Assembly (NCBI GenBank): GCA_964237315.1
Contig: CAXSHL010000010.1
Span: 10,556-74,555, forward strand
Source: an uncultured Nocardioidaceae bacterium
GTDB lineage: Bacteria; Actinomycetota; Actinomycetes; Propionibacteriales; Nocardioidaceae
Direction: 5' to 3'
Length of the DNA stretch: 64,000 bases
The notes under the pieces were generated by a model, which did no database searches, was not told where the DNA came from, and worked only from the letters and a program-made list of their open reading frames with translations. Of this stretch, positions 62,688 to 64,000 are shown one piece after another. Both the position numbers and the translations under genes were made by a program. Each line of letters opens with the position of its first letter. The stretch's first letter is position 1.

Positions 62688-63975
62688 ACAGCGAGTCACC
62701 GACGAATCCGCCGGGCCGGACGCCGGGCGGTACGGCGAACAGCGCGGACCCGGTGTGGGTGAGGTACTCCATCAGCCCGTCGTGGCCGGACAGCTTCGTC
62801 TGCATCGGGATGTACTGCGTGTCGGGGTCCCGGATGTAGGCCAGGAAGAACAAGCCCGCGTCGAGGCGGCCCAGCGCGTCGTTGCCGTCGGTGAAGTTGT
62901 AGCCCCGCCGCAGCATCCGCACGCCGTTGTTCTGGTCGGGGTGCGCCAGCCGGACGTGGGCGTTCCTGGCGATGATCGGCTGGTTGTTGGACCCCATCAG
63001 CGAGAAGTCCGGCTTGGTGTACTCCTTGCCTCCCGACATCGGCGCGCCCTGGGCCCGGTCCCGGCCGATCAGCGTCTCCTGCTCGCTGAGCGAGGTGCGG
63101 TCCCAGGACTCGATGACCATGTTGATGCGCCGCGCGACGAGGTAGGAACCGCCCACGAGCCAGGACGCCTTGGGGTCGTCGTCCTCCCCGACCCACACGA
63201 ACTCGTCGACCAGGCTGGGCTCCTCGGCCTTCAGGTTGGCAGTGCCGTCCTTGAAGCCGAACAGGTTGCGGGGGGTCTGCTGCGACGTGGACGTGGACGA
63301 CGTACGCCCGAACCCCAGCTGGGCCCACCGCAGGGCCGCGCTGCCGAACGCGATCCGCGAGAGGTTGCGGATCGCGTGCACGGCGACCTGCGGGTCGTCG
63401 GCACACGCCTGCACGCACAGGTCGCCGTCGCTGCGCTCCTCACGGAGCATGTCGGCGGGGAAGTGCGGCAGCCGGCGCAGCGCCTCGGGCCGGCGGTCGG
63501 CGATGCCGAAGCGGTCCTTGCCGTCGCGGTCGCGGAACAGCGTCGGGCCGAAGCCGAAGGTCAGGGTCAGCCTCGACGGGGACAGCCCGATCGCCTCCCC
63601 GGTGTCGCTGGGCGGCGCGTCGTACGGGAGCGGAGCGTTGTCGCCGACCGGTCGCCCCTGCGTCATCGCTGCCGCGGCCGCCGTCCAGGCACGGAGCAGC
63701 ATCACCAGCTCGGACCGCGAGGTGGCGGTGACGTCGAAGGCGGCGAAGTGGACGCGGTCCTGGGCAGGCGTGACGATGCCCGCCTGGTGCGTGCCGTGGA
63801 AGGCGTAGCGGTCGGTGTGCACGACCGCCTCGCCGTCGGTGGCCCGTGCCGTCCCGATGCCGCCGGCGAACCCGGCCGCCCCCGCTGCGACGCCCGCTCC
63901 GGCATAGCCCAGCAGCCGCCGCCGGCTGACGCCGGAGCGGGGCTGCTGGTCGTGTTCGGGGTGGTCGTCGGTCAT
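62668..63975 (-). CDS. efeB: Tat-exported DyP peroxidase/deferrochelatase
   Basis: SRRRLL Tat motif, HQAGIVTP, FGFKDGTAN, AHVRLA, LRRGYNF. Confidence 0.93.
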   Translation of the reverse strand: MTDDHPEHDQQPRSGVSRRRLLGYAGAGVAAGAAGFAGGIGTARATDGEAVVHTDRYAFHGTHQAGIVTPAQDRVHFAAFDVTATSRSELVMLLRAWTAAAAAMTQGRPVGDNAPLPYDAPPSDTGEAIGLSPSRLTLTFGFGPTLFRDRDGKDRFGIADRRPEALRRLPHFPADMLREERSDGDLCVQACADDPQVAVHAIRNLSRIAFGSAALRWAQLGFGRTSSTSTSQQTPRNLFGFKDGTANLKAEEPSLVDEFVWVGEDDDPKASWLVGGSYLVARRINMVIESWDRTSLSEQETLIGRDRAQGAPMSGGKEYTKPDFSLMGSNNQPIIARNAHVRLAHPDQNNGVRMLRRGYNFTDGNDALGRLDAGLFFLAYIRDPDTQYIPMQTKLSGHDGLMEYLTHTGSALFAVPPGVRPGGFVGDSLFSPRSG

Positions 63976-63979
63976 CGGC

Positions 63980-64000
63980 TCAGAGGGCGACTGCCGCCGT
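63980..64000 (-). CDS. 3' end of an upstream gene, probably EfeO
   Basis: ...TAAVAL-stop 4 nt before the efeB start; identity inferred from the usual efeUOB order only. Confidence 0.35.
   Translation of the reverse strand, partial: TAAVAL

Overview
High-GC actinobacterial chromosomal segment (gene content and style suggest Nocardioidaceae; this is inference). It has about 60 densely packed CDS following a conserved actinobacterial backbone: helicase-associated/WYL protein, cold-shock protein, MFS, DUF3027, DUF2530, NCS2, MarR/MFS, serC, citrate synthase 2, pdxH, IdeR, efeB. No rRNA, tRNA, CRISPR array, integrase or transposase was seen. The best candidate for an undescribed system is an operon at 18.9-21.2 kb. 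It encodes a 74-aa Asp/Gly/Thr repeat peptide (4x DADGTDG after an SDEDI...GG leader-like segment), a JmjC/2OG-Fe(II) oxygenase and a thioredoxin-like [2Fe-2S] 'sucrase/ferredoxin', followed by an ABC exporter; this looks like a RiPP-like peptide-hydroxylation locus. A second candidate is an unannotated ~200-nt minus-strand transcript at 40.6-40.8 kb, with a promoter, an AGGAGG ribosome-binding site, a 12-aa ORF, potential kissing hairpins and a terminator. Also present are a HAD-LarE fusion without larABC, a 29-aa leaderless membrane peptide, several REP/MITE-like repeat families, a DUF559 relic and three frameshifts clustered at 17.5-23 kb. All product calls come from motif recognition by eye; no database searches were run.
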